From Acidimicrobiia bacterium (GTDB lineage Bacteria; Actinomycetota; Acidimicrobiia; Acidimicrobiales; MedAcidi-G1), in NCBI GenBank assembly GCA_012959995.1, contig DUCC01000020.1, positions 13,744 through 77,743 of the forward strand: a stretch of 64,000 nucleotides of DNA. Reading direction: 5' to 3'. Shown here in pieces: positions 38,614-48,143 of this stretch. Each line of letters starts with the position of its first letter. Position 1 is the first letter of the stretch. A model generated the notes under the pieces. It was not told the DNA's origin, ran no database searches, and worked only from the letters and a program-made list of their open reading frames with translations. The position numbers were made by a program, and so were the translations under genes.

Positions 38614-39729
38614 GTGAACTTCGCCTTCAGTGAAGAACAAGAACAACTGCGGGAATTTGTCCGCCAGTTCTTAGAGAACTATTCCGCCGAAGCTACGGTG
38701 CGTGAATTGATGGAAACCGACGCCGGCTATGACCCTGACACTTGGGCCATGATGGCTGAGCAACTGGGTTTGCAAAGCTTGATCATTCCAGAAGAACACG
38801 GTGGTCAAGGCTTTGGCTATGTAGAACTGGTGGTCATCATGGAAGAAATGGGTCGAGCCCTTTTGTGCGCTCCGTTTTTCTCCACGGTTGTTTTGGCCGC
38901 TAACACTTTGATCCATTGCGGCGACGAAGCAGCAGCGGCAGAAATTTTGCCTGGCATTGCCAGCGGCGAAACCATTGCCACTTTGGCTTTCACCGAAGAA
39001 AGCGGACGCTGGGACGAAGCCGGCATCACTATGGAAGCCACCGCTGATGGCGATGCTTGGACACTTTCTGGCACCAAAATGTATGTATTAGATGGCCACT
39101 TGGCCAATGTGGTTTTGGTAGCAGCTCGCACTGCTTCTGGAGTATCACTGTTTAAGGTTGATGGTGAGGCTGCTGGGTTGACCCGCACCTCGCTGGCTAC
39201 CATGGACATGACTCGCAAACAAGCCCGCTTGGACTTTGACGGGGTTTCCGCCACCATGATCGGTGCAGAAGGCGCCGGCTGGCCGGTGCTGGAACGAGTC
39301 TTAGATTTGGCCGCAGTGGCCTTGGCTGCCGAGCAAGTCGGTGGCGCACAAATTTGTTTAGACACCGCGGTGCAGTACGCAAAAGATCGTGTGCAGTTTG
39401 GGCGCCCTATTGGTTCGTTCCAGGCCATCAAACACAAGTGTGCCGACATGTTGCTCGAAGTTGAATCAGCTAAATCAGCGGCTTACTACGCCGGTTGGTG
39501 TGCGGCAGAACTTAACGACGAGTTACCTTCGGTGGCTTCGCTGGCTAAGGCTTACTGCTCCGAGGCTTATTTTCATACCACGGCCGAAAACATTCAAATC
39601 CACGGCGGTATTGGTTTTACTTGGGAACATTCAGCGCACCTTTACTTCAAACGTGCCAAAAGCTCTGAGTTGTTGTTTGGTGACCCCACTTACCATCGGG
39701 AGCTTTTAGCTCAACGCATCGGCATCTAA
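38614..39729 (+). CDS. Acyl-CoA dehydrogenase family protein
   Basis: EEMGRAL, LAFTE, LSGTKMYV, RVQFGRPIGSFQAIKH, IQIHGGIGFTWE. AGGAG RBS before GTG 38614. Confidence 0.93.
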   Translation: MNFAFSEEQEQLREFVRQFLENYSAEATVRELMETDAGYDPDTWAMMAEQLGLQSLIIPEEHGGQGFGYVELVVIMEEMGRALLCAPFFSTVVLAANTLIHCGDEAAAAEILPGIASGETIATLAFTEESGRWDEAGITMEATADGDAWTLSGTKMYVLDGHLANVVLVAARTASGVSLFKVDGEAAGLTRTSLATMDMTRKQARLDFDGVSATMIGAEGAGWPVLERVLDLAAVALAAEQVGGAQICLDTAVQYAKDRVQFGRPIGSFQAIKHKCADMLLEVESAKSAAYYAGWCAAELNDELPSVASLAKAYCSEAYFHTTAENIQIHGGIGFTWEHSAHLYFKRAKSSELLFGDPTYHRELLAQRIGI

Positions 39730-39792
39730 GTAACTGGTTTTTGAACAACCGGTTACTGAGCAGTTGAGGCCTTTTGAGGCCATACTCAGTAC

Positions 39793-40242
39793 ATGATTTG
39801 GTTTTTCGTCGCCCTCGGTGCCCTGTTGGTGTTGGCCGTTGCTTTTTGGGCGGTCGGTTCGGCAGTGGGTCGTTTAGAGGGCACGGTGGTGCCCACGGTA
39901 TTCGAAGTTGATGACGCCGTTGATTGGGTGGCCGAGTGCTTGCCTGAAGAAGCAGCTGGTCAGCTCACCCGTGACGAGGTAGTTCTGGTCACCCGATGGT
40001 GGCTTGATTCTTTTAACCAAGCGGGTCTGGCTTCGCCTTTCGGTAAGGAACTGGGCGATGAGGCGCTGAGCGAAGACGCCGAGCGTCAAGTGGCAGAACT
40101 TGATGATGCGGTGGATTATGTGGTGGCTCAGGCTCTGGCGCTTGAAGAACCGTTGGATGCGGTTTCGGTGGTGGTGGTGGTGGATCTCTTAGGGGTTTAC
40201 CTGGCTGAAATGGGTGCCGTAGATCAAGCCGGCAAGAAGTAG
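39793..40242 (+). CDS. Hypothetical membrane-anchored acidic protein
   Basis: N-terminal TM helix, ordinary codon usage, co-directional with fcl. Confidence 0.7.
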   Translation: MIWFFVALGALLVLAVAFWAVGSAVGRLEGTVVPTVFEVDDAVDWVAECLPEEAAGQLTRDEVVLVTRWWLDSFNQAGLASPFGKELGDEALSEDAERQVAELDDAVDYVVAQALALEEPLDAVSVVVVVDLLGVYLAEMGAVDQAGKK

Positions 40243-40251
40243 TGTTGGCTC

Positions 40252-41202
40252 ATGCTTGATCGTCACGCACCAGTGTTCGTTACCGGTCACCGTGGTTTGG
40301 TTGGTTCGGCGGTTATGCGCCGTTTGATCGCCGAGGGGTTCACTAACTTGTTGACCGCTTCACGGCAAGAACTTGACTTACGCGACCAGTCGGCGGTGGA
40401 TGCCTGGTTTGCCGAGCATCAGCCGCAGTACGTGTTTTTGGTGGCCGGCACGGTGGGAGGCATTGGCGCTAACAGCAGCCGCCCAGCCGATTTTCTTTAC
40501 GACAATTTGATGATTCACGGCACGGTGGTTCACGCCAGTTACCAAAACAAAGTAGACAAACTGCTTTACCTAGGGAGTTCTTGTATCTACCCTCGGCTAG
40601 CCGAGCAGCCCATTGCTGAAGAGGCTTTGTTATCGGGGCCGTTAGAGCCCACCAACGAGGGTTACGCCTTGGCGAAAATTGCCGGAATCAAACTGTGCGA
40701 AAGCTACCGCCGCCAGTACGGCTGTGACTTTATTTCGGCGATGCCCACCAACTTGTATGGGCCGGGCGACAATTTTGATTTGGAGGGCGGCCATGTGTTG
40801 CCGGCGCTTATCCGGCGTTTTCACGAAGCCAAAGAGGCCGGCGTCAACGAAGTGCAGATTTGGGGAACCGGTTCGGCTTGTCGAGAGTTTTTACACGTAG
40901 ACGATTTAGCCGACGCTTGCTTATTTTTGATGGATAATTATTCCGAGGCCGGTCATGTCAACGTGGGCACCGGGATTGATGGTTCCATTGCGGCTTTGGC
41001 GCGGCAGGTGCGAGATTTGGTGCATCCCGAAGCCGAAATCACTTACGACACCACGAAACCCGACGGCACCCCACGCAAAGTTTTAGAGGTGAGCAAACTT
41101 ACCAAGCTGGGGTGGACGGCTAAAACCGAGTTGGCTGACGGTTTAGCAAACACTTACGCCTGGTTTTTGCAAGCGGTGGCCGAGGGTACGGCTCGGCTTT
41201 AG
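40252..41202 (+). CDS. fcl: GDP-L-fucose synthase
   Basis: GHRGLVGS, YLGSSCIYP, LEPTNEGYALAKIAG, MPTNLYGPGDNF, REFLHVDD, KPDGTPRK. Confidence 0.94.
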   Translation: MLDRHAPVFVTGHRGLVGSAVMRRLIAEGFTNLLTASRQELDLRDQSAVDAWFAEHQPQYVFLVAGTVGGIGANSSRPADFLYDNLMIHGTVVHASYQNKVDKLLYLGSSCIYPRLAEQPIAEEALLSGPLEPTNEGYALAKIAGIKLCESYRRQYGCDFISAMPTNLYGPGDNFDLEGGHVLPALIRRFHEAKEAGVNEVQIWGTGSACREFLHVDDLADACLFLMDNYSEAGHVNVGTGIDGSIAALARQVRDLVHPEAEITYDTTKPDGTPRKVLEVSKLTKLGWTAKTELADGLANTYAWFLQAVAEGTARL

Positions 41203-41783
41203 TCCTGTTTAGATTTTTTAGCGGCCTTTTGGGCTTTTTTCCATTGGCGCACCGTGGCCAGTGCTTCAGGGCCGTCAATGTCGGCAACTGAGCGAGGCAC
41301 TTCGTCTGCGAAGGCTCCGGCATATTTTTGCCAACCTTCGGTAGGGACACCCATACGCTTGGCTAACAGCGCAATAAAGATTTTGGTTTTTTCTTCGCCG
41401 TAACCGGGGAGAGCCCGTAAACGCTTAGCGAGTTCTTGCCCGTCGACGTTTTGCCAGAGTTCGCTCGGGTCGCCGTGGTAGTGGTCTACCAAGTGTTGGC
41501 AGAGGTCTTGGATGCGCCGTCCCATGGAAGCCGGAAAACGATGTATGGCAGGTTTTTGGCAGCACAGGGTGACAAAAGCTTCTGGCTCGTAGTCGGCAAT
41601 GGCTTGGGCGTCGAAACCGGTGAGGCGTTCTTGCAAAGTGGCGGGCCCGCGAAATGCCCATTCCATGGGGACTTGTTGGTCTAACAACATGCCGACCAAC
41701 AGGGCGAGAGCGTTGCTGTTGAGCAAACGGTCGGCTTCGGGGTCGCCGGTGATGGCCAGGGTGCCGTGGGGGAATGCGTTCAT
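41199..41783 (-). CDS. HhH-GPD-type putative base-excision repair protein
   Basis: ALLVGMLLDQQVPMEWAF, HRFPASM, LPGYGEEKTKIFIALLAK, RSVAD. ATGA overlap with the aceE stop. Confidence 0.85.
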   Translation of the reverse strand: MNAFPHGTLAITGDPEADRLLNSNALALLVGMLLDQQVPMEWAFRGPATLQERLTGFDAQAIADYEPEAFVTLCCQKPAIHRFPASMGRRIQDLCQHLVDHYHGDPSELWQNVDGQELAKRLRALPGYGEEKTKIFIALLAKRMGVPTEGWQKYAGAFADEVPRSVADIDGPEALATVRQWKKAQKAAKKSKQD

Positions 41784-44527
41784 GAGGTGGATCTTCCTAC
41801 GCCGTGCCCGGTGGCTGGGACGGTGTCGTGGCGGCCCGGGTCGGGAGACTCCGGGTCGATGCCGTAAAGAGCAATAGCTTCGTTGACGGTTTCTAAGGGG
41901 ATTTCTCCGGCGGTGGCGAGGGCATGAAGCACGGCTACTACCACGTGGGCCATGTCGACTTCGAAGAAACGTCGGAGGGCTTCTCGGGTGTCGCTGCGGC
42001 CAAAACCATCGGTACCTAACACGGTAAAGGGGCGCGGTACCCAGCGAGAAACCTGATCGGCTACTAATTGTTGAAAGTCGGAGACCGCCACTAAGGGCCC
42101 TTGCCCGTCGTTGAGGACTTGCGTAACGAGGGGTTCTTGAGGGGAGTCTTCGGGGTGTAAACGGTTTAGGCGGTCTATTTCTTGGGCTTGTTCGCGTAAA
42201 CGTTTGTAAGAGGTCACGCTCCACAGGTCGCAACTCACGTCCCATCGGGTGGCCAGTTCGGCGGCGGCATCTCGGGCTGCTTGGTGGGCGGAACCAGAAA
42301 ACATGATGCCTGCTTGGTGGGAGCATTCTGGCCCGTCGGCCCAACGGTAAATGCCGTTAACGATGTCGGTTTTGGCAATGTTGTCGGGGCGGGCCGGCAT
42401 TTCGTAGGGCTCGTTGTAGAGGGTGAGGTAGTAGAAAATGTCTTCGTTTTTGAGCGGGTCGGCGTGGCCGTACATGCGTTGCAGGCCGTCGTCGATGATG
42501 GCCCCTAACTCGTAGGCGAAAGCTGGGTCGTAGGCCTGGCAGGGGGGCACAGTGGTGGCCAGCACCAAACTGTGGCCGTCCTGGTGTTGGAGGCCTTCGC
42601 CGGCCAAGGTGGTGCGTCCGGCGGTGGCGCCTAGTAGAAAACCTCGGGTGCGTGCGTCGGCCGCCGACCAAATCAGGTCGCCCACGCGTTGAAAGCCAAA
42701 CATGGAATAAAAAGTAAAGAAAGGGACCATGGGTACCCCGAGGTTGGCGTAACTGGTGCCGGCGGCAATAAAACTCGATAGCGAACCGGCTTCGGTGATG
42801 CCTTCTTCGAGTAGTTGCCCGTCGGTGTCTTCTCGGTAGGACAGTAAAAGTTCGTGATCGATGGGTTCGTAGAGTTGGCCAAAGGGGGCGTAAATTCCGA
42901 ACTCTCGAAACAACGAGTCCATGCCGAAAGTACGGGCCTCGTCGGGCACGATGGGCACTACTCGGGGCCCAAATTCTTTGTCCCGCATGAGGTCACGCAA
43001 CAAGTTGGTTAAGGCCATGGTGGTTGAGACCGGGCGGCCCTGTGATCCTTTGGTGAGGCCATCAAAAACTGATGGATCGGGCAGGGTTAGGGGGCGGCGT
43101 TCGCGAATGCGTCGCTTCGGGATGGAGCCGCCTAAAGCCCGGCGCCGTTGCATCATGTACTGGTATTCGTCGCTATCTTCGCTGGGCCGCAGGTAAGGGG
43201 CTCGGTCGCCTTCCAGGAGTGCTTCGGGAATATCTTCGGTCAGTTGCAAACGTTCCCGAAGAGCCAATAGTTGCTCTTTGGTCATTTTTTTGATCTGGTG
43301 GGTGGCGTTACGTGCTTCAAGACCTTCGCCCAAGGTCCAACCCTTAACGGTTTTGGCCAAAATTACGGTGGGGGCATCATTTTCTTCGGTGGCCGCTTTG
43401 TAAGCGGCGAAAAGTTTTTGATAATCGTGGCCGCCGCGAGGCAGGTCTTCTATTTCTTTGTCGGTGAGGTGGCTGACAAGTTCACCGAGGCGAGGGTCGG
43501 GGCCGAAAAAGTTTTCTCGAACGTAACTGGCGGGTTCAATGGCGAGGCGCTGGTATTCGCCATCCACGGTGGTGTTGAACTTGTTGAGGAGCACTCCGTC
43601 GGTGTCGTTTTGGATGATTCCGTCCCAAACGGAACCCCAGAGAACTTTGATGACGTTCCAACCGGCGCCCCGAAAAACGCCTTCGAGTTCTTGAATGATT
43701 TTTCCGTTGCCGCGTACTGGCCCGTCGAGGCGTTGCAGGTTGCAGTTGACGATCCAAATAAGGTTGCCCAGTTTTGATCGTCCGGCTAAAGAAATAGCGC
43801 CTAAAGTTTCTGGTTCGTCGCATTCGCCGTCGCCTAAAAACGAAAATATCCGACTGGCCGAGGTGTCGTCAAGACGCCGATCAGTTATGTATTTGTTGAA
43901 ACGGGCATGGTAAATGGAGTTGATGGGTCCGAGCCCCATAGAAACCGTTGGGTATTCCCAAAAATCTGGCATAAGCCGAGGGTGGGGGTAACTCGAGAGG
44001 CCGCCGCTTTTTACTTCCAAGCGGAATCGATTGAGGTGTTCTTCCTCAAGGCGACGTTCTAAAAATGCTCGGGCATAAACCCCGGGGGCGGCGTGCCCTT
44101 GAAAGTAAACGTGGTCGCCGGGTTGGCCGTCGTCTTTGCCACGGAAAAACCAGTTGAATCCCACTTCATAGAGCGAAGCGGAGGAAGCAAAGGTTGAGAG
44201 GTGCCCGCCAATGCCGTCGGCTGTTTTGTTGGCGTTGATTACCATGGCGGCGGCATTCCAGCGTACAAAAGAGCGGATGCGGCGTTCAAGCTCTTCGTCG
44301 CCGGGAAACCATGGCTGGTCGGAAGCAGAAATAGTGTTGATGTAGGGCGTCCAGGTGGGGGGAGCGTTGCCTACGTTGAGGGTTCCTGCTCGTTCCATCA
44401 GTTTGGCCAGCATGAAGCGGGCCCGGCGTCGGCCTGAGCGATCTACTAGAGAATCAAAAGAATCGAGCCATTCGCCGGTTTCTTCTGGATCGTTGTCGGG
44501 GAGTTGATTGGTGAATCCATCGATCAT
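41780..44527 (-). CDS. aceE: Pyruvate dehydrogenase E1, homodimeric type
   Basis: DPEETGEW, GGHLSTFAS, FQGHAAPG, PTVSMGLGP, GDGECDEPE, EEGITEAG, EGLQHQDG. Confidence 0.96.
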   Translation of the reverse strand: MIDGFTNQLPDNDPEETGEWLDSFDSLVDRSGRRRARFMLAKLMERAGTLNVGNAPPTWTPYINTISASDQPWFPGDEELERRIRSFVRWNAAAMVINANKTADGIGGHLSTFASSASLYEVGFNWFFRGKDDGQPGDHVYFQGHAAPGVYARAFLERRLEEEHLNRFRLEVKSGGLSSYPHPRLMPDFWEYPTVSMGLGPINSIYHARFNKYITDRRLDDTSASRIFSFLGDGECDEPETLGAISLAGRSKLGNLIWIVNCNLQRLDGPVRGNGKIIQELEGVFRGAGWNVIKVLWGSVWDGIIQNDTDGVLLNKFNTTVDGEYQRLAIEPASYVRENFFGPDPRLGELVSHLTDKEIEDLPRGGHDYQKLFAAYKAATEENDAPTVILAKTVKGWTLGEGLEARNATHQIKKMTKEQLLALRERLQLTEDIPEALLEGDRAPYLRPSEDSDEYQYMMQRRRALGGSIPKRRIRERRPLTLPDPSVFDGLTKGSQGRPVSTTMALTNLLRDLMRDKEFGPRVVPIVPDEARTFGMDSLFREFGIYAPFGQLYEPIDHELLLSYREDTDGQLLEEGITEAGSLSSFIAAGTSYANLGVPMVPFFTFYSMFGFQRVGDLIWSAADARTRGFLLGATAGRTTLAGEGLQHQDGHSLVLATTVPPCQAYDPAFAYELGAIIDDGLQRMYGHADPLKNEDIFYYLTLYNEPYEMPARPDNIAKTDIVNGIYRWADGPECSHQAGIMFSGSAHQAARDAAAELATRWDVSCDLWSVTSYKRLREQAQEIDRLNRLHPEDSPQEPLVTQVLNDGQGPLVAVSDFQQLVADQVSRWVPRPFTVLGTDGFGRSDTREALRRFFEVDMAHVVVAVLHALATAGEIPLETVNEAIALYGIDPESPDPGRHDTVPATGHGVGRSTS

Positions 44528-44611
44528 TCTTTGATCATGCCAGATTCAAACGTGTTTAGCGAGGAAAGAAAAACCCGAGGTGGTTTGCCGCACCTTGTAG
44601 GGTCGGAGGCT

Positions 44612-45055
44612 ATGGAAGAAATCCGCACGGTGGCGTACACCGATGGAGCATGTTCAGGAAACCCGGGGCCCGGGGGTTGGGCGTGGGTTATCCCCGGCGG
44701 TGCTTTCGCTGCAGGTTTTGACCCCGGCACTACCAACCAGCGCATGGAGTTGCGGGCCACTTTGGAAGCGCTGCGGGCCTTGGATGGTCCGTTGCTTATT
44801 GTCAGCGACTCAACTTATGTGGTGCATTGTTTTCGTGACAATTGGTGGCGTGGATGGCAGCGGCGTGGCTGGGTGAATAGTCAAAAAAAACCGGTGGCGA
44901 ATCAAGATTTGTGGAAACCGCTGATTGACCTTTATGTGGCTCGGGGTGATGTGGATTTTGAATGGGTTAAAGGGCATTCGGGTGATCGTTGGAATGATGA
45001 AGCTGACCGTTTGGCGGTAGAGGCTGGCCAGCGTCAAATCAATTTGCAGGGCTAA
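44612..45055 (+). CDS. rnhA: Ribonuclease HI
   Basis: YTDGACSGNPGPGGW, TTNQRMEL, SDSTYV, EWVKGHSG..N..AD. Confidence 0.94.
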   Translation: MEEIRTVAYTDGACSGNPGPGGWAWVIPGGAFAAGFDPGTTNQRMELRATLEALRALDGPLLIVSDSTYVVHCFRDNWWRGWQRRGWVNSQKKPVANQDLWKPLIDLYVARGDVDFEWVKGHSGDRWNDEADRLAVEAGQRQINLQG

Positions 45056-45932
45056 GTTGGTTTAACCATTTGACTAAAGCAGCCCGTGGGGTTCCGGGGC
45101 GGGCAATGGCCACCATGGTGTTGAGGGTTTGTTCGCTGGGGTGCGGTCGCAGCACCAGGCGAGGACCAAAGAGTTGCACATCGGTTTGGTTTTCGGGGTG
45201 GTCAGAAATTTTTACGAGGCCTTTAGCCCGGATGACCCCACCGGGGCGAGTTTTGGCCCACAGTTCTAACGTGCTTTGCTCAAGGGGTTCGTTTACGACT
45301 ACGGAGGCGGTGAGGAAGTCCACGGGTGCAAGGTCGGTGTCGGCACCTGTTGGAGGTAGGCCATAGAGAATGGCCGGAGCCACGGGAGACTCTAAAACTG
45401 GGGCCTGGTGTTTGGTCGCTAACCATTGAGTTACTTCGGCAACTTGGGGGGCTTTCATAAGGTCGGTGTGGGTGAGCAACAAAAGGTCTGCTCCTAGGAT
45501 TTGCGTCAAAACGGTTTCGCCGACGTAGGGGTCTTCAGCTCGCTGCATGATGTTTTGCCCATTGACCAGAACAACGACTCCGTCGGCATAAAAGCCAGGG
45601 GACTGACCCCAGAGGGCTACTTTGGCGGGTTGGCCAACGCCGGAGACTTCAATAATGACTCGGTCGAGACGGTGAGCATTTTGATTGACGGTGTCAAGGG
45701 CCGAAGCGAATCCATCGGCCAGCGAACAGCAAATGCACCCGTTGGTCAGGCTTATGGTGTCACCGTCGTGGCTGGCGATAAGGCTTTGGTCAATATTTAC
45801 CTCGCCAAAGTCGTTGATGAGTAAAGCGAGACGCTCGCTTTGAGAGTCGGTCAACAGTTGATTTATGAGGGTGGTTTTTCCGGCTCCGAGATAACCGCCA
45901 ATGACGGTGAGCGGTAGTGGAGGTTGGTTCAT
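45039..45932 (-). CDS. COG0523/CobW-family metallochaperone GTPase
   Basis: GGYLGAGKTT, NDFGEV, NGCICC (CxCC), EVSG. Start at ATG 45932. Confidence 0.9.
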   Translation of the reverse strand: MNQPPLPLTVIGGYLGAGKTTLINQLLTDSQSERLALLINDFGEVNIDQSLIASHDGDTISLTNGCICCSLADGFASALDTVNQNAHRLDRVIIEVSGVGQPAKVALWGQSPGFYADGVVVLVNGQNIMQRAEDPYVGETVLTQILGADLLLLTHTDLMKAPQVAEVTQWLATKHQAPVLESPVAPAILYGLPPTGADTDLAPVDFLTASVVVNEPLEQSTLELWAKTRPGGVIRAKGLVKISDHPENQTDVQLFGPRLVLRPHPSEQTLNTMVAIARPGTPRAALVKWLNQLSPAN

Positions 45933-45934
45933 GT

Positions 45935-47563
45935 TTATGTGGCGGGGAAAGTTTTTCCGCCCAACATGGTGCCCCATACGCCGATATTGCGTAATTCCAT
46001 GGGGTCCTCCACGAAGGGATCGGCTTCCAGTACAGCCAAGTCGGCAAACTTTCCCGGGGCGATAGAGCCAATTTCGTGATCCATTTTGAGCTGGTAGGCA
46101 GCCCCGGTGGTGATGGCGTGGAGCGCTTCGTGCATGGTGATGCGTTCTTTAGGGCCAAGAGTTTGGCCGCTGGAGGTCGTGCGGTTCACGGCGGCCCAAG
46201 CTACGTGCAGCGACCCCAAGGGGGTGACCGGGGCATCGCAGTGCATGGAGAGTGGCACGCCAAGGTCGAGGGCGGTGCGGGCGCTGTTCATGCGGGCGGC
46301 GCGGTCGGGGCCCACGGTGGAGGTGACGTGTTGATCGCCCCAGTACCAAGTGTGATTGGAGAAAACGTTGGCGCACATGCCAAGATTTTTGATTCGTTTA
46401 TATTGAGCCGGAGTGGTCAGTTGGCAGTGTTGCACGGTGTAGCGGTGGTCAAAGCGAGGGGTTTCGCTCAGGAGTTCTTCCACGCTGTTGAGGAACACGT
46501 CGACGGCCTGATCGCCGTTGCAATGCACATGAATTAAGAGGCCGGCTTCATGGTAGGGGCGCAGCAGGTCGGTGACTTGTTCGGGGGGCACCAACCACAG
46601 GCCGTTGGGGCGGTCGTTTAGATAACCGGGCCAGTTGAGGCGGGCGGTGTAGCCCTGTATGGAACCGTCTAAAACCATTTTGACGTGCCCAAAGCGGAGT
46701 TTGTCGCTGGACTTTTGGCGGGTGTCGGCCACCGCTTGGGGGCCGGTAGCGGGGTTGAGCATATTGAAGATGGTGACTCGGGCGGGGAATCGAGGGTCGT
46801 TAACGATTTTTTGCCATTGGGCAATGGTGGCGGGGTCAGTTGAGGTGTGATTACCAAGGTCGGTAAGGGTGGTGATGCCGGCTTGATTGGCGAGTTGACC
46901 AAAACCTTGTATGGCGTGCTCTGCCCGGAGGCGCCCCCAAAAGGAGCGAAAGGGTTTTCCGGCTAAAGACATGGCGGCTGGTTCTTGAAGTTCGCCAATG
47001 GGCCATCCTGCCTCATCTTTGGGAACGCCTTCCATGGTGGTGTCGGGAGTGATGTCTTGGGCGGTCATGAGAGCATTGTTTACGGTGGCTATGTGCAGGC
47101 TGGCATGCATGACAAGAATTTCTCGGTGGGTTGAGACTTGGTCGAGGTGGCTGCCGGCCAGGTGTTCTCCATCAAAGTAAATGGGATCGACCCCCCAAGC
47201 CAGAAGAGGCTCGTTGGGATCAACAAGAGCGGCCTCGGCCTGGCGGAGTCGCTTGAGTACATCTTCAATGTTTTTGCAACCGGTCCAGGTTTTACCTTGA
47301 GGATCGGTTTGGTCAAAGAAACCGCAGTAGGTGTGTGTCCAGAGTCCGCCGGCAAAACTATGACTGTGGGCCTCTACGAAACCGGGTAAGAGGGTGTGGT
47401 TGGCAAAGGTGTTGTCAACGGTGTAGTCGTCAAGAACGCTGAGTTCATCAAGGGACCCGATGGCCAAAAAACGCCCATCACGAACCGCCACTGCTTGAGC
47501 GGTGGGCCGTGACGGATCCATAGTGTAAATAGCGGCCGCTGGGTAAATGACTGTTTTGGGCAT
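45935..47563 (-). CDS. Amidohydrolase-3 (YtcJ-like) metal-dependent hydrolase
   Basis: PGFVEAHSH, KMVLDGS, HVHCNGD, TVQHCQ, CDAP, GSIAPGKFADLAVL. Confidence 0.9.
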   Translation of the reverse strand: MPKTVIYPAAAIYTMDPSRPTAQAVAVRDGRFLAIGSLDELSVLDDYTVDNTFANHTLLPGFVEAHSHSFAGGLWTHTYCGFFDQTDPQGKTWTGCKNIEDVLKRLRQAEAALVDPNEPLLAWGVDPIYFDGEHLAGSHLDQVSTHREILVMHASLHIATVNNALMTAQDITPDTTMEGVPKDEAGWPIGELQEPAAMSLAGKPFRSFWGRLRAEHAIQGFGQLANQAGITTLTDLGNHTSTDPATIAQWQKIVNDPRFPARVTIFNMLNPATGPQAVADTRQKSSDKLRFGHVKMVLDGSIQGYTARLNWPGYLNDRPNGLWLVPPEQVTDLLRPYHEAGLLIHVHCNGDQAVDVFLNSVEELLSETPRFDHRYTVQHCQLTTPAQYKRIKNLGMCANVFSNHTWYWGDQHVTSTVGPDRAARMNSARTALDLGVPLSMHCDAPVTPLGSLHVAWAAVNRTTSSGQTLGPKERITMHEALHAITTGAAYQLKMDHEIGSIAPGKFADLAVLEADPFVEDPMELRNIGVWGTMLGGKTFPAT

Positions 47564-47607
47564 ACCAGTGACTCTAGATGTCAAAACCAATCCACCCCAA
47601 CTTGCCC

Positions 47608-47638
47608 CAGTGACATGGTGTCTGACACCAAGTCACTG
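47608..47638. repeat. 31-bp near-perfect palindrome (REP-like or operator)
   Basis: CAGTGAC-A-TGGTGTC-T-GACACCA-A-GTCACTG. Confidence 0.7.
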
Positions 47639-47671
47639 AGTTAAATGGCTGATGGGAACGGGTTGGGGTAT

Positions 47672-47904
47672 TAAGGTGGGAGTACCGAGGAAAGGAGGTG
47701 GTCCAAATTAGTAGCAAACCTTGTAGGGCTTCGGAGGTGGACGGCCGCTAGACGGCCCTGGACCATCTGGCGATTACCCGCCATCCACCCCTAAAACGGC
47801 CGTCAGTTCTGGTCCTCCCTGACGTTATTGGCCAATTTAGGAACTCCAGAAAGTTCTAAAATTTAAGACAACGGGAGTGCATCAAACCGGTGTGCTCCCG
47901 TGTC
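47672..47904 (+). ncRNA. Unassigned structured RNA / SD-sequestered small ORF candidate
   Basis: TAAGGT -10-like box, then AAAGGAGGTGGTCCA, crossing 10-bp and 8-bp helices, and a long hairpin at 47867-47904. Confidence 0.45.
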
Positions 47905-47939
47905 GCGTCCCGGGCTCTTTGCTCCACTAGTCTCGGTTT

Positions 47940-48143
47940 ATGGATCGACCAACAGTATTTAGTCATCAACGGTTTTTGGGTGACAAACGAACCCAGCAGG
48001 TTTATGACCTTGATGAAGTCATTGATGAAGAAGTCATGAGTATTGTCCTCGACGAGTTGATGTCGGCCGAAACGTTTTTGTGCTTTGGTCCCGACACCTT
48101 GGCCGAAGCTCGCAACCGGGGTTACCAGTTGCGCAAGGTTTAG
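47940..48143 (+). CDS. Small hypothetical protein (67 aa)
   Basis: TAGTCT 6 nt before ATG. Protein-like sequence ([26 protein letters not shown]). Stop overlaps the aconitase stop. Confidence 0.7.
   Translation: MDRPTVFSHQRFLGDKRTQQVYDLDEVIDEEVMSIVLDELMSAETFLCFGPDTLAEARNRGYQLRKV

Noticed and set aside
47692-47705. rRNA fragment (complement of the 16S 3' end)
   Set aside because: Only 14 nt with one mismatch and no further rRNA similarity. Treated as an extended SD.
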